Source: Auanema rhodensis
Taxonomy: Eukaryota > Animalia > Nematoda
Length of the DNA: 64,000 nucleotides
NCBI GenBank assembly: GCA_964057225.1
Contig: OZ059900.1
Span: forward strand, 26,164,001-26,228,000
Direction: 5' to 3'
Shown piece after piece: positions 52,301 through 64,000 of this stretch. The notes beneath the pieces are model-generated. The model saw nothing but the letters and a program-made list of their open reading frames with translations, was not told where the DNA came from and did not search any database. Numbering within the stretch: position 1 is the first letter of the stretch; each line of letters begins with the position of its first letter. Both the position numbers and the translations under genes were made by a program.

Positions 52301-54003
52301 AACACATGAAATCGTAAGTCAAAACCTTGTTTACAGCGAAATTTCCAAAAACTGGTTTTCCAGCATAATAAAATATTTCTCATGGGAAATACTGTGTTTT
52401 TGTATTTTTCTAGTGTTCAGCATGTAAAATGCTTCATTTTAGTATGTAACACGCTGAAATTCGTTGCATTTGACGACTCATATGAACAAAAATCGATTTA
52501 ATCAATATTAGCCATAAGGGGCGTGCCCTCAGAATATGCTAATTTCCTTAATTTTCTAACCCCTGTTTTTTTGTCGTGAAAGTGGAACTAGACGTTCTAC
52601 GAACAATTTTGAGCTAGGTTTCATTGACATTGCATGAGTTTGAACACATGAAATCGTAAGTCAAAACCTTGTTTACAGCGAAATTTCCAAAAACTGGTTT
52701 TCCAGCATAATAAAATATTTCTCATGGGAAAAACTGTGTTTTTGTATTTTTCTAGTGTTCAGCATGTAAAATGCTTCATTTTAGTATGTAACACGCTGAA
52801 ATTTGTTGCATTTGACGACTCATATGAACAAAAATCGATTTAATCAATATTAGCCATAAGGGGCGTGCCCTCAGAATATGTTAATTTCCTTAATTTTCTA
52901 ACCCTTGTTTTTTTGTCGTGAAAGTGGAACTAGACGTTGTACGAACAATTTTGAGCTAGGTTTCATTGACATTGCATGAGTTTGAACACATGAAATCGTA
53001 AGTCAAAACCTTGTTTACAGCGAAATTTCTAAAAACTGGTTTTCCAGCATAATAAAATATTTCTCAAGGGAAAAACTGTGTTTTTATATTTTTCTAGTGT
53101 TCAGCATGTGAAATGTTTTATTTTAGTATGTAACACGCTGAAATTTGTTGCATTTGACGACTCATATGAACAAAAATCGATTTAATCAATATTAGCCATA
53201 AGGGGCGTGCCCTCAGAATATGCTAATTTCCTTAATTTTCTAACCCCTGTTTTTTTGTCGTGAAAGTGGAACTAGACGTTGTACGAACAATTTTGAGCTA
53301 GGTTTCATTGACATTGCATGAGTTTGAACACATGAAATCGTAAGTCAAAACCTTGTTTACAGCGAAATTTCCAAAAACTGGTTTTCCAGCATAATAAAAT
53401 ATTTCTCATGGGAAATACTGTGTTTTTGTATTTTTCTAGTGTTCAGCATGTAAAATGCTTCATTTTAGTATGTAACACGCTGAAATTCGTTGCATTTGAC
53501 GACTCATATGAACAAAAATCGATGTAATCAATATTAGCCATAAGGGGCGTGCCCTCAGAATATGCTAATTTCCTTAATTTTCTAACCCCTGTTTTTTTGT
53601 CGTGAAAGTGGAACTAGACGTTGTACGAACAATTTTGAGCTAGGTTTCATTGACATTGCATCAGTTTGAACACATGAAATCGTAAGTCAAAACCTTGTTT
53701 ACAGCGAAATTTCCAAAAACTGGTTTTCCAGCATAATAAAATATTTCTCATGGGAAATACTGTGTTTTTCTATTTTTCTAGTGTTCAGCATGTAAAATGC
53801 TTCATTTTAGTATGTAACACGCTGAAATTCGTTGCATTTGACGACTCATATGAACAAAAATCGATTTATTCAATATTAGCCATAAGGGGCGTGCCCTCAG
53901 AATATGCTAATTTCCTTAATTTTCTAACCCCTGTTTTTTTGTCGTGAAAGTGGAACTAGACGTTGTACGAACAATTTTGAGCTAGGTTTCATTGACATTG
54001 CAT
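46346..54003. repeat. Apparently exact tandem duplication of an 11-monomer block (period 3762 bp)
   Basis: Markers repeat at +3762: GTTCTACG ~46781/50543, ACTGGACG ~47800/51562, TACAAT ~48265/52027, ATGTTAAT+CCCTTG ~49117/52879, TTTCTAAA ~49264/53026, and ORFs 49988/53750. Confidence 0.93.
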
Positions 54004-57000
54004 CAGTTTGAACACATGAAATCGTAAGTCAAAACCTTGTTTACAGCGAAATTTCCAAAAACTGGTTTTGCAGCATAATAAAATATTTTTCATGGGAAAT
54101 ACTGTGTTTTTGTATTTTTCTAGTGTTCAGCATGTAAAATGCTTCATTTTAGTATGTAACACGCTGAAATTCGTTGCATTTGACGACTCATATGAACAAA
54201 AATCGATTTAATCAATATTAGCCATAAGGGGCGTGCCCTCAGAATATGCTAATTTCCTTAATTTTCTAACCCCTGTTTTTTTGTCGTGAAAGTGGAACTA
54301 GACGTTGTACGAACAATTTTGAGCTAGGTTTCATTGACATTGCATGAGTTTGAACACATGAAATCGTAAGTCAAAACCTTGTTTACAGCGAAATTTCTAA
54401 AAACTGGTTTTCCAGCATAATAAAATATTTCTCAAGGGAAAAACTGTGTTTTTATATTTTTCTAGTGTTCAGCATGTGAAATGCTTTATTTTAGTATGTA
54501 ACACGCTGAAATTCGTTGCATTTGACGACTCATATGAACAAAAATCGATTTAATCAATATTAGCCATAAGGGGCGTGCCCTCAGAATATGCTAATTTCCT
54601 TAATTTTCTAACCCCTGTTTTTTTGTCGTGAAAGTGGAACTAGACGTTGTACGAACATTTTTGAGCTAGGTTTCATTGACATTGCATGAGTTTGAACACA
54701 TGAAATCGTAAGTCAAAACCTTGTTTACAGCGAAATTTCCAAAAACTGGTTTTCCAGCATAATAAAATATTTCTCATGGGAAAAACTGTGTTTTTGTATT
54801 TTTCTAGTGTTCAGCATGTAAAATGCTTCATTTTAGTATGTAACACGCTGAAATTCGTTGCATTTGACGACTCATATGAACAAAAATCGATTTAATCAAT
54901 ATTAGCCATAAGGGGCGTGCCCTCAGAATATGCTAATTTCCTTAATTTTCTAACCCCTGTTTTTTTGTCGTGAAAGTGGAACTAGACGTTGTACGAACAA
55001 TTTTGAGCTAGGTTTCATTGACATTGCATGAGTTTGAACACATGAAATCGTAAGTCAAAACCTTGTTTACAGCGAAATTTCCAAAAACTGGTTTTCCAGC
55101 ATAATAAAATATTTCTCATGGGAAATACTGTGTTTTTGTATTTTTCTAGTGTTCAGCATGTAAAATGCTTCATTTTAGTATGTTACACGCTGAAATTCGT
55201 TGCATTTGACGACTCATATGAACAAAAATCGATTTAATCAATATTAGCCATAAGGGGCGTGCACCTCAGAATATGCTAATTTCCTTAATTTTCTAACCCC
55301 TGTTTTTTTGTCGTGAAAGTGGAACTAGACGTTGTACGAACAATTTTGAGCTAGGTTTCATTGACATTGCATGAGTTTGAACACATGAAATCGTAAGTCA
55401 AAACCTTGTTTACAGCGAAATTTCCAAAAACTGGTTTTCCAGCATAATAAAATATTTCTCATGGGAAATACTGTGTTTTTGTATTTTTCTAGTGTTCAGC
55501 ATGTAAAATGCTTCATTTTAGTATGTAACACGCTGAAATTCGTTGCATTTGACGACTCATATGAACAAAAATCGATTTAATCAATATTAGCCATAAGGGG
55601 CGTGCACCTCAGAATATGCTAATTTCCTTAATTTTCTAACCCCTGTTTTTTTGTCGTGAAAGTGGAACTAGACGTTGTACGAACAATTTTGAGCTAGGTT
55701 TCATTGACATTGCATGAGTTTGAACACATGAAATCGTAAGTCAAAACCTTGTTTACAGCGAAATTTCCAAAAACTGGTTTTCCAGCATAATAAAATATTT
55801 CTCATGGGAAATACTGTGTTTTTGTATTTTTCTAGTGTTCAGCATGTAAAATGCTTCATTTTAGTATGTAACACGCTGAAATTCGTTGCATTTGACGACT
55901 CATATGAACAAAAATCGATTTAATCAATATTAGCCATAAGGGGCGTGCCCTCAGAATATGCTAATTTCCTTAATTTTCTAACCCCTGTTTTTTTGTCGTG
56001 AAAGTGGAACTAGACGTTGTACGAACAATTTTGAGCTAGGTTTCATTGACATTGCATGAGTTTGAACACATGAAATCGTAAGTCAAAACCTTGTTTACAG
56101 CGAAATTTCCAAAAACTGGTTTTCCAGCATAATAAAATATTTCTCATGGGAAATACTGTGTTTTTGTATTTTTCTAGTGTTCAGCATGTAAAATGCTTCA
56201 TTTTAGTATGTAACACGCTGAAATTCGTTGCATTTGACGACTCATATGAACAAAAATCGATGTAATCAATATTAGCCATAAGGGGCGTGCCCTCAGAATA
56301 TGCTAATTTCCTTAATTTTCTAACCCCTGTTTTTTTGTCGTGAAAGTGGAACTAGACGTTGTACGAACAATTTTGAGCTAGGTTTCATTGACATTGCATC
56401 AGTTTGAACACATGAAATCGTAAGTCAAAACCTTGTTTACAGCGAAATTTCCAAAAACTGGTTTTCCAGCATAATAAAATATTTCTCATGGGAAATACTG
56501 TGTTTTTCTATTTTTCTAGTGTTCAGCATGTAAAATGCTTCATTTTAGTATGTAACACGCTGAAATTCGTTGCATTTGACGACTCATATGAACAAAAATC
56601 GATTTAATCAATATTAGCCATAAGGGGCGTGCCCTCAGAATATGCTAATTTCCTTAATTTTCTAACCCCTGTTTTTTTGTCGTGAAAGTGGAACTAGACG
56701 TTGTACGAACAATTTTGAGCTAGGTTTCATTGACATTGCATGAGTTTGAACACATGAAATCGTAAGTCAAAACCTTGTTTACAGCGAAATTTCCAAAAAC
56801 TGGTTTTCCAGCATAATAAAATATTTCTCATGGGAAATACTGTGTTTTTGTATTTTTCTAGTGTTCAGCATGTAAAATGCTTCATTTTAGTATGTAACAC
56901 GCTGAAATTCGTTGCATTTGACGACTCATATGAACAAAAATCGATTTAATCAATATTAGCCATAAGGGGCGTGCACCTCAGAATATGCTAATTTCCTTAA

Positions 57001-59899
57001 TTTTCTAACCCCTGTTTTTTTGTCGTGAAAGTGGAACTAGACGTTGTACGAACAATTTTGAGCTAGGTTTCATTGACATTGCATGAGTTTGAACACATGA
57101 AATCGTAAGTCAAAACCTTGTTTACAGCGAAATTTCCAAAAACTGGTTTTCCAGCATAATAAAATATTTCTCATGGGAAATACTGTGTTTTTGTATTTTT
57201 CTAGTGTTCAGCATGTAAAATGCTTCATTTTAGTATGTAACACGCTGAAATTCGTTGCATTTGACGACTCATATGAACAAAAATCGATTTAATCAATATT
57301 AGCCATAAGGGGCGTGCCCTCAGAATATGCTAATTTCCTTAATTTTCTAACCCCTGTTTTTTTGTCGTGAAAGTGGAACTAGACGTTGTACGAACAATTT
57401 TGAGCTAGGTTTCATTGACATTGCATGAGTTTGAACACATGAAATCGTAAGTCAAAACCTTGTTTACAGCGAAATTTCCAAAAACTGGTTTTCCAGCATA
57501 ATAAAATATTTCTCATGGGAAATACTGTGTTTTTGTATTTTTCTAGTGTTCAGCATGTAAAATGCTTCATTTTAGTATGTAACACGCTGAAATTCGTTGC
57601 ATTTGACGACTCATATGAACAAAAATCGATGTAATCAATATTAGCCATAAGGGGCGTGCCCTCAGAATATGCTAATTTCCTTAATTTTCTAACCCCTGTT
57701 TTTTTGTCGTGAAAGTGGAACTAGACGTTGTACGAACAATTTTGAGCTAGGTTTCATTGACATTGCATCAGTTTGAACACATGAAATCGTAAGTCAAAAC
57801 CTTGTTTACAGCGAAATTTCCAAAAACTGGTTTTCCAGCATAATAAAATATTTCTCATGGGAAATACTGTGTTTTTCTATTTTTCTAGTGTTCAGCATGT
57901 AAAATGCTTCATTTTAGTATGTAACACGCTGAAATTCGTTGCATTTGACGACTCATATGAACAAAAATCGATTTATTCAATATTAGCCATAAGGGGCGTG
58001 CCCTCAGAATATGCTAATTTCCTTAATTTTCTAACCCCTGTTTTTTTGTCGTGAAAGTGGAACTAGACGTTGTACGAACAATTTTGAGCTAGGTTTCATT
58101 GACATTGCATGAGTTTGAACACATGAAATCGTAAGTCAAAACCTTGTTTACAGCGAAATTTCCAAAAACTGGTTTTCCAGCATAATAAAATATTTCTCAT
58201 GGGAAATACTGTGTTTTTGTATTTTTCTAGTGTTCAGCATGTAAAATGCTTCATTTTAGTATGTAACACGCTGAAATTCGTTGCATTTGACGACTCATAT
58301 GAACAAAAATCGATTTAATCAATATTAGCCATAAGGGGCGTGCCCTCAGAATATGCTAATTTCCTTAATTTTCTAACCCCTGTTTTTTAGTCGTGAAAGT
58401 GGAACTAGACGTTGTACGAACAATTTTGAGCTAGGTTTCATTGACATTGCATCAGTTTGAACACATGAAATCGTAAGTCAAAACCTTGTTTACAGCGAAA
58501 TTTCCAAAAACTGGTTTTCCAGCATAATAAAATATTTCTCATGGGAAATACTGTGTTTTTGTATTTTTCTAGTGTTCAGCATGTAAAATGCTTCATTTTA
58601 GTATGTAACACGCTGAAATTCGTTGCATTTGACGACTCATATGAACAAAAATCGATTTAATCAATATTAGCCATAAGGGGCGTGCCCTCAGAATATGCTA
58701 ATTTCCTTAATTTTCTAACCCCTGTTTTTTTGTCGTGAAAGTGGAACTAGACGTTGTACGAACAATTTTGAGCTAGGTTTCATTGACATTGCATGAGTTT
58801 GAACACATGAAATCGTAAGTCAAAACCTTGTTTACAGCGAAATTTCCAAAAACTGGTTTTCCAGCATAATAAAATATTTCTCATGGGAAATACTGTGTTT
58901 TTGTATTTTTCTAGTGTTCAGCATGTAAAATGCTTCATTTTAGTATGTAACACGCTGAAATTCGTTGCATTTGACGACTCATATGAACAAAAATCGATTT
59001 AATCAATATTAGCCATAAGGGGCGTGCCCTCAGAATATGCTAATTTCCTTAATTTTCTAACCCCTGTTTTTTTGTCGTGAAAGTGGAACTAGACGTTGTA
59101 CGAACAATTTTGAGCTAGGTTTCATTGACATTGCATGAGTTTGAACACATGAAATCGTAAGTCAAAACCTTGTTTACAGCGAAATTTCCAAAAACTGGTT
59201 TTCCAGCATAATAAAATATTTCTCATGGGAAATACTGTGTTTTTGTATTTTTCTAGTGTTCAGCATGTAAAATGCTTCATTTTAGTATGTAACACGCTGA
59301 AATTCGTTGCATTTGACGACTCATATGAACAAAAATCGATGTAATCAATATTAGCCATAAGGGGCGTGCCCTCAGAATATGCTAATTTCCTTAATTTTCT
59401 AACCCCTGTTTTTTTGTCGTGAAAGTGGAACTAGACGTTGTACGAACAATTTTGAGCTAGGTTTCATTGACATTGCATCAGTTTGAACACATGAAATCGT
59501 AAGTCAAAACCTTGTTTACAGCGAAATTTCCAAAAACTGGTTTTCCAGCATAATAAAATATTTCTCATGGGAAATACTGTGTTTTTCTATTTTTCTAGTG
59601 TTCAGCATGTAAAATGCTTCATTTTAGTATGTAACACGCTGAAATTCGTTGCATTTGACGACTCATATGAACAAAAATCGATTTATTCAATATTAGCCAT
59701 AAGGGGCGTGCCCTCAGAATATGCTAATTTCCTTAATTTTCTAACCCCTGTTTTTTTGTCGTGAAAGTGGAACTAGACGTTGTACGAACAATTTTGAGCT
59801 AGGTTTCATTGACATTGCATGAGTTTGAACACATGAAATCGTAAGTCAAAACCTTGTTTACAGCGAAATTTCCAAAAACTGGTTTTCCAGCATAATAAA

Positions 59900-62800
59900 A
59901 TATTTCTCATGGGAAATACTGTGTTTTTGTATTTTTCTAGTGTTCAGCATGTAAAATGCTTCATTTTAGTATGTAACACGCTGAAATTCGTTGCATTTGA
60001 CGACTCATATGAACAAAAATCGATTTAATCAATATTAGCCATAAGGGGCGTGCCCTCAGAATATGCTAATTTCCTTAATTTTCTAACCCCTGTTTTTTTG
60101 TCGTGAAAGTGGAACTAGACGTTGTACGAACAATTTTGAGCTAGGTTTCATTGACATTGCATGAGTTTGAACACATGAAATCGTAAGTCAAAACCTTGTT
60201 TACAGCGAAATTTCTAAAAACTGGTTTTCCAGCATAATAAAATATTTCTCAAGGGAAAAACTGTGTTTTTATATTTTTCTAGTGTTCAGCATGTGAAATG
60301 CTTTATTTTAGTATGTAACACGCTGAAATTCGTTGCATTTGACGACTCATATGAACAAAAATCGATTTAATCAATATTAGCCATAAGGGGCGTGCCCTCA
60401 GAATATGCAAATTTCCTTAATTTTCTAACCCCTGTTTTTTTGTCGTGAAAGTGGAACTAGACGTTGTACGAACAATTTTGAGCTAGGTTTCATTGACATT
60501 GCATGAGTTTGAACACATGAAATCGTAAGTCAAAACCTTGTTTACAGCGAAATTTCCAAAAACTGGTTTTCCCGCATAATAAAATATTTCTCATGGGAAA
60601 TACTGTGTTTTTGTATTTTTCTAGTGTTCAGCATGTAAAATGCTTCATTTTAGTATGTAACACGCTGAAATTCGTTGCATTTGACGACTCATATGAACAA
60701 AAATCGATTTATTCAATATTAGCCATAAGGGGCGTGCCCTCAGAATATGCTAATTTCCTTAATTTTCTAACCCCTGTTTTTTTGTCGTGAAAGTGGAACT
60801 AGACGTTGTACGAACAATTTTGAGCTAGGTTTCATTGACATTGCATCAGTTTGAACACATGAAATCGTAAGTCAAAACCTTGTTTACAGCGAAATTTCCA
60901 AAAACTGGTTTTCCAGCATAATAAAATATTTCTCATGGGAAATACTGTGTTTTTGTATTTTTCTAGTGTTCAGCATGTAAAATGCTTCATTTTAGTATGT
61001 AACACGCTGAAATTCGTTGCATTTGACGACTCATATGAACAAAAATCGATTTATTCAATATTAGCCATAAGGGGCGTGCCCTCAGAATATGCTAATTTCC
61101 TTAATTTTCTAACCCCTGTTTTTTTGTCGTGAAAGTGGAACTAGACGTTGTACGAACAATTTTGAGCTAGGTTTCATTGACATTGCATGAGTTTGAACAC
61201 ATGAAATCGTAAGTCAAAACCTTGTTTACAGCGAAATTTCCAAAAACTGGTTTTCCAGCATAATAAAATATTTCTCATGGGAAATACTGTGTTTTTGTAT
61301 TTTTCTAGTGTTCAGCATGTAAAATGCTTCATTTTAGTATGTAACACGCTGAAATTCGTTGCATTTGACGACTCATATGAACAAAAATCGATTTAATCAA
61401 TATTAGCCATAAGGGGCGTGCCCTCAGAATATGCTAATTTCCTTAATTTTCTAACCCCTGTTTTTTTGTCGTGAAAGTGGAACTAGACGTTGTACGAACA
61501 ATTTTGAGCTAGGTTTCATTGACATTGCATGAGTTTGAACACATGAAATCGTAAGTCAAAACCTTGTTTACAGCGAAATTTCCAAAAACTGGTTTTCCAG
61601 CATAATAAAATATTTCTCATGGGAAATACTGTGTTTTTGTATTTTTCTAGTGTTCAGCATGTAAAATGCTTCATTTTAGTATGTAACACGCTGAAATTCG
61701 TTGCATTTGACGACTCATATGAACAAAAATCGATTTAATCAATATTAGCCATAAGGGGCGTGCCCTCAGAATATGCTAATTTCCTTAATTTTCTAACCCC
61801 TGTTTTTTTGTCGTGAAAGTGGAACTAGACGTTGTACGAACAATTTTGAGCTAGGTTTCATTGACATTGCATGAGTTTGAACACATGAAATCGTAAGTCA
61901 AAACCTTGTTTACAGCGAAATTTCTAAAAACTGGTTTTCCAGCATAATAAAATATTTCTCAAGGGAAAAACTGTGTTTTTATATTTTTCTAGTGTTCAGC
62001 ATGTGAAATGCTTTATTTTAGTATGTAACACGCTGAAATTCGTTGCATTTGACGACTCATATGAACAAAAATCGATTTAATCAATATTAGCCATAAGGGG
62101 CGTGCCCTCAGAATATGCAAATTTCCTTAATTTTCTAACCCCTGTTTTTTTGTCGTGAAAGTGGAACTAGACGTTGTACGAACAATTTTGAGCTAGGTTT
62201 CATTGACATTGCATGAGTTTGAACACATGAAATCGTAAGTCAAAACCTTGTTTACAGCGAAATTTCCAAAAACTGGTTTTCCCGCATAATAAAATATTTC
62301 TCATGGGAAATACTGTGTTTTTGTATTTTTCTAGTGTTCAGCATGTAAAATGCTTCATTTTAGTATGTAACACGCTGAAATTCGTTGCATTTGACGACTC
62401 ATATGAACAAAAATCGATTTATTCAATATTAGCCATAAGGGGCGTGCCCTCAGAATATGCTAATTTCCTTAATTTTCTAACCCCTGTTTTTTTGTCGTGA
62501 AAGTGGAACTAGACGTTGTACGAACAATTTTGAGCTAGGTTTCATTGACATTGCATGAGTTTGAACACATGAAATCGTAAGTCAAAACCTTGTTTACAGC
62601 GAAATTTCTAAAAACTGGTTTTCCAGCATAATAAAATATTTCTCAAGGGAAAAACTGTGTTTTTATATTTTTCTAGTGTTCAGCATGTGAAATGCTTTAT
62701 TTTAGTATGTAACACGCTGAAATTCGTTGCATTTGACGACTCATATGAACAAAAATCGATTTAATCAATATTAGCCATAAGGGGCGTGCCCTCAGAATAT

Positions 62801-63150
62801 GCAAATTTCCTTAATTTTCTAACCCCTGTTTTTTTGTCGTGAAAGTGGAACTAGACGTTGTACGAACAATTTTGAGCTAGGTTTCATTGACATTGCATGA
62901 GTTTGAACACATGAAATCGTAAGTCAAAACCTTGTTTACAGCGAAATTTCTAAAAACTGGTTTTCCAGCATAATAAAATATTTCTCAAGGGAAAAACTGT
63001 GTTTTTATATTTTTCTAGTGTTCAGCATGTAAAATGCTTCATTTTAGTATGTAACACGCTGAAATTCGTTGCATTTGACGACTCATATGAACAAAAATCG
63101 ATTTAATCAATATTAGCCATAAGGGGCGTGCCCTCAGAATATGCAAATTT
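59900..63150. repeat. 5-monomer duplication (period 1710 bp) followed by local amplification of one variant monomer
   Basis: TTTCTAAA 60211/61921, ATGCAAAT ~60405/62115, CCCGCAT 60571/62281 and ORFs 60593/62303. The TTTCTAAA-CAAGGG-GCAAAT unit then recurs at ~62606 and ~62948. Confidence 0.87.
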
Positions 63151-64000
63151 CCTTAATTTTCTAACCCCTGTTTTTTTGTCGTGAAAGTGGAACTAGACGT
63201 TGTACGAACAATTTTGAGCTAGGTTTCATTGACATTGCATGAGTTTGAACACATGAAATCGTAAGTCAAAACCTTGTTTACAGCGAAATTTCCAAAAACT
63301 GGTTTTCCAGCATAATAAAATATTTCTCATGGGAAATACTGTGTTTTTGTATTTTTCTAGTGTTCAGCATGTAAAATGCTTCATTTTAGTATGTAACACG
63401 TTGAAATTCGTTGCATTTGACGACTCATATGAACAAAAATCGATTTAATCAATATTAGCCATAAGGGGCGTGCCCTCAGAATATGCTAATTTCCTTAATT
63501 TTCTAACCCCTGTTTTTTTGTCGGGAAAGTGGAACTAGACGTTGTACGAACAATTTTGAGCTAGGTTTCATTGACATTGCATGAGTTTGAACACATGAAA
63601 TCGTAAGTCAAAACCTTGTTTACAGCGAAATTTCCAAAAACTGGTTTTCCAGCATAATAAAATATTTCTCATGGGAAAAACTGTGTTTTTGTATTTTTCT
63701 AGTGTTCAGCATGTAAAATGCTTCATTTTAGTATGTAACACGCTGAAATTCGTTGCATTTGACGACTCATATGAACAAAAATCGATTTAATCAATATTAG
63801 CCATAAGGGGCGTGCCCTCAGAATATGCTAATTTCCTTAATTTCCTAACCCCTGTTTTTTTGTCGTGAAAGTGGAACTAGACGTTGTACGAACAATTTTG
63901 AGCTAGGTTTCATTGACATTGCATGAGTTTGAACACATGAAATCGTAAGTCAAAACCTTGTTTACAGCGAAATTTCCAAAAACTGGTTTTCCAGCATAAT

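Larger units (their letters stand above)
1..64000. repeat. Satellite DNA array: head-to-tail tandem repeat of a 342-bp AT-rich monomer, ~187 copies, highly homogeneous, running off both window ends
   Basis: GCCCTCAGAATATGCTAA starts at 1, 343, 685, 1027 and so on (period 342) and recurs to the end of the window. ORF-track spacings are multiples of 342 apart from small indels (e.g. 60593->60935 = 342; 57857->59567 = 1710). No non-monomer sequence was seen. Confidence 0.99.

Noticed and set aside
5305-62500. 14 near-identical 65-73 aa ORFs (MGNTVFLYFSS...)
   Set aside because: They are the same frame of the satellite monomer and pass the length cut-off only in copies where TTTAATC has mutated to TTTATTC or TTTCATC, removing a TAA. 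The 72-73 aa forms rely on a TTG created by another SNP. Over 90% of monomers keep the stop, and I recognise no domain.
1-64000. CRISPR array or repeat-spacer system
   Set aside because: There are no unique spacers: the entire 342-bp unit repeats. No cas or other genes are present.

Overview
The whole 64-kb window is one uninterrupted, head-to-tail tandem array of a 342-bp AT-rich monomer (about 187 copies; about 34% GC by hand count of the consensus). All copies are in the same orientation and usually differ from the consensus by 0-7 substitutions. This is eukaryotic-type satellite DNA, plausibly (peri)centromeric heterochromatin, though function and species cannot be read from the sequence. 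I found no genes, RNA genes, CRISPR spacers, transposon insertions or strand switches. The 14 listed ORFs are artefacts of one recurrent SNP that removes a TAA in the monomer. The informative structure lies at two other scales. Within the monomer there is a dense set of palindromes and stem-loops and traces of an ancient ~171-bp dimer. Across the array, linked-SNP monomer subtypes recur in a conserved order, and there are recent multi-monomer duplications of changing period (about 4, 5, 6, 7, 8, 11, 14 and 16 monomers), plus one 134-bp deletion and a few small indels. All of this was read by eye, so SNP lists are not exhaustive and block boundaries are approximate.
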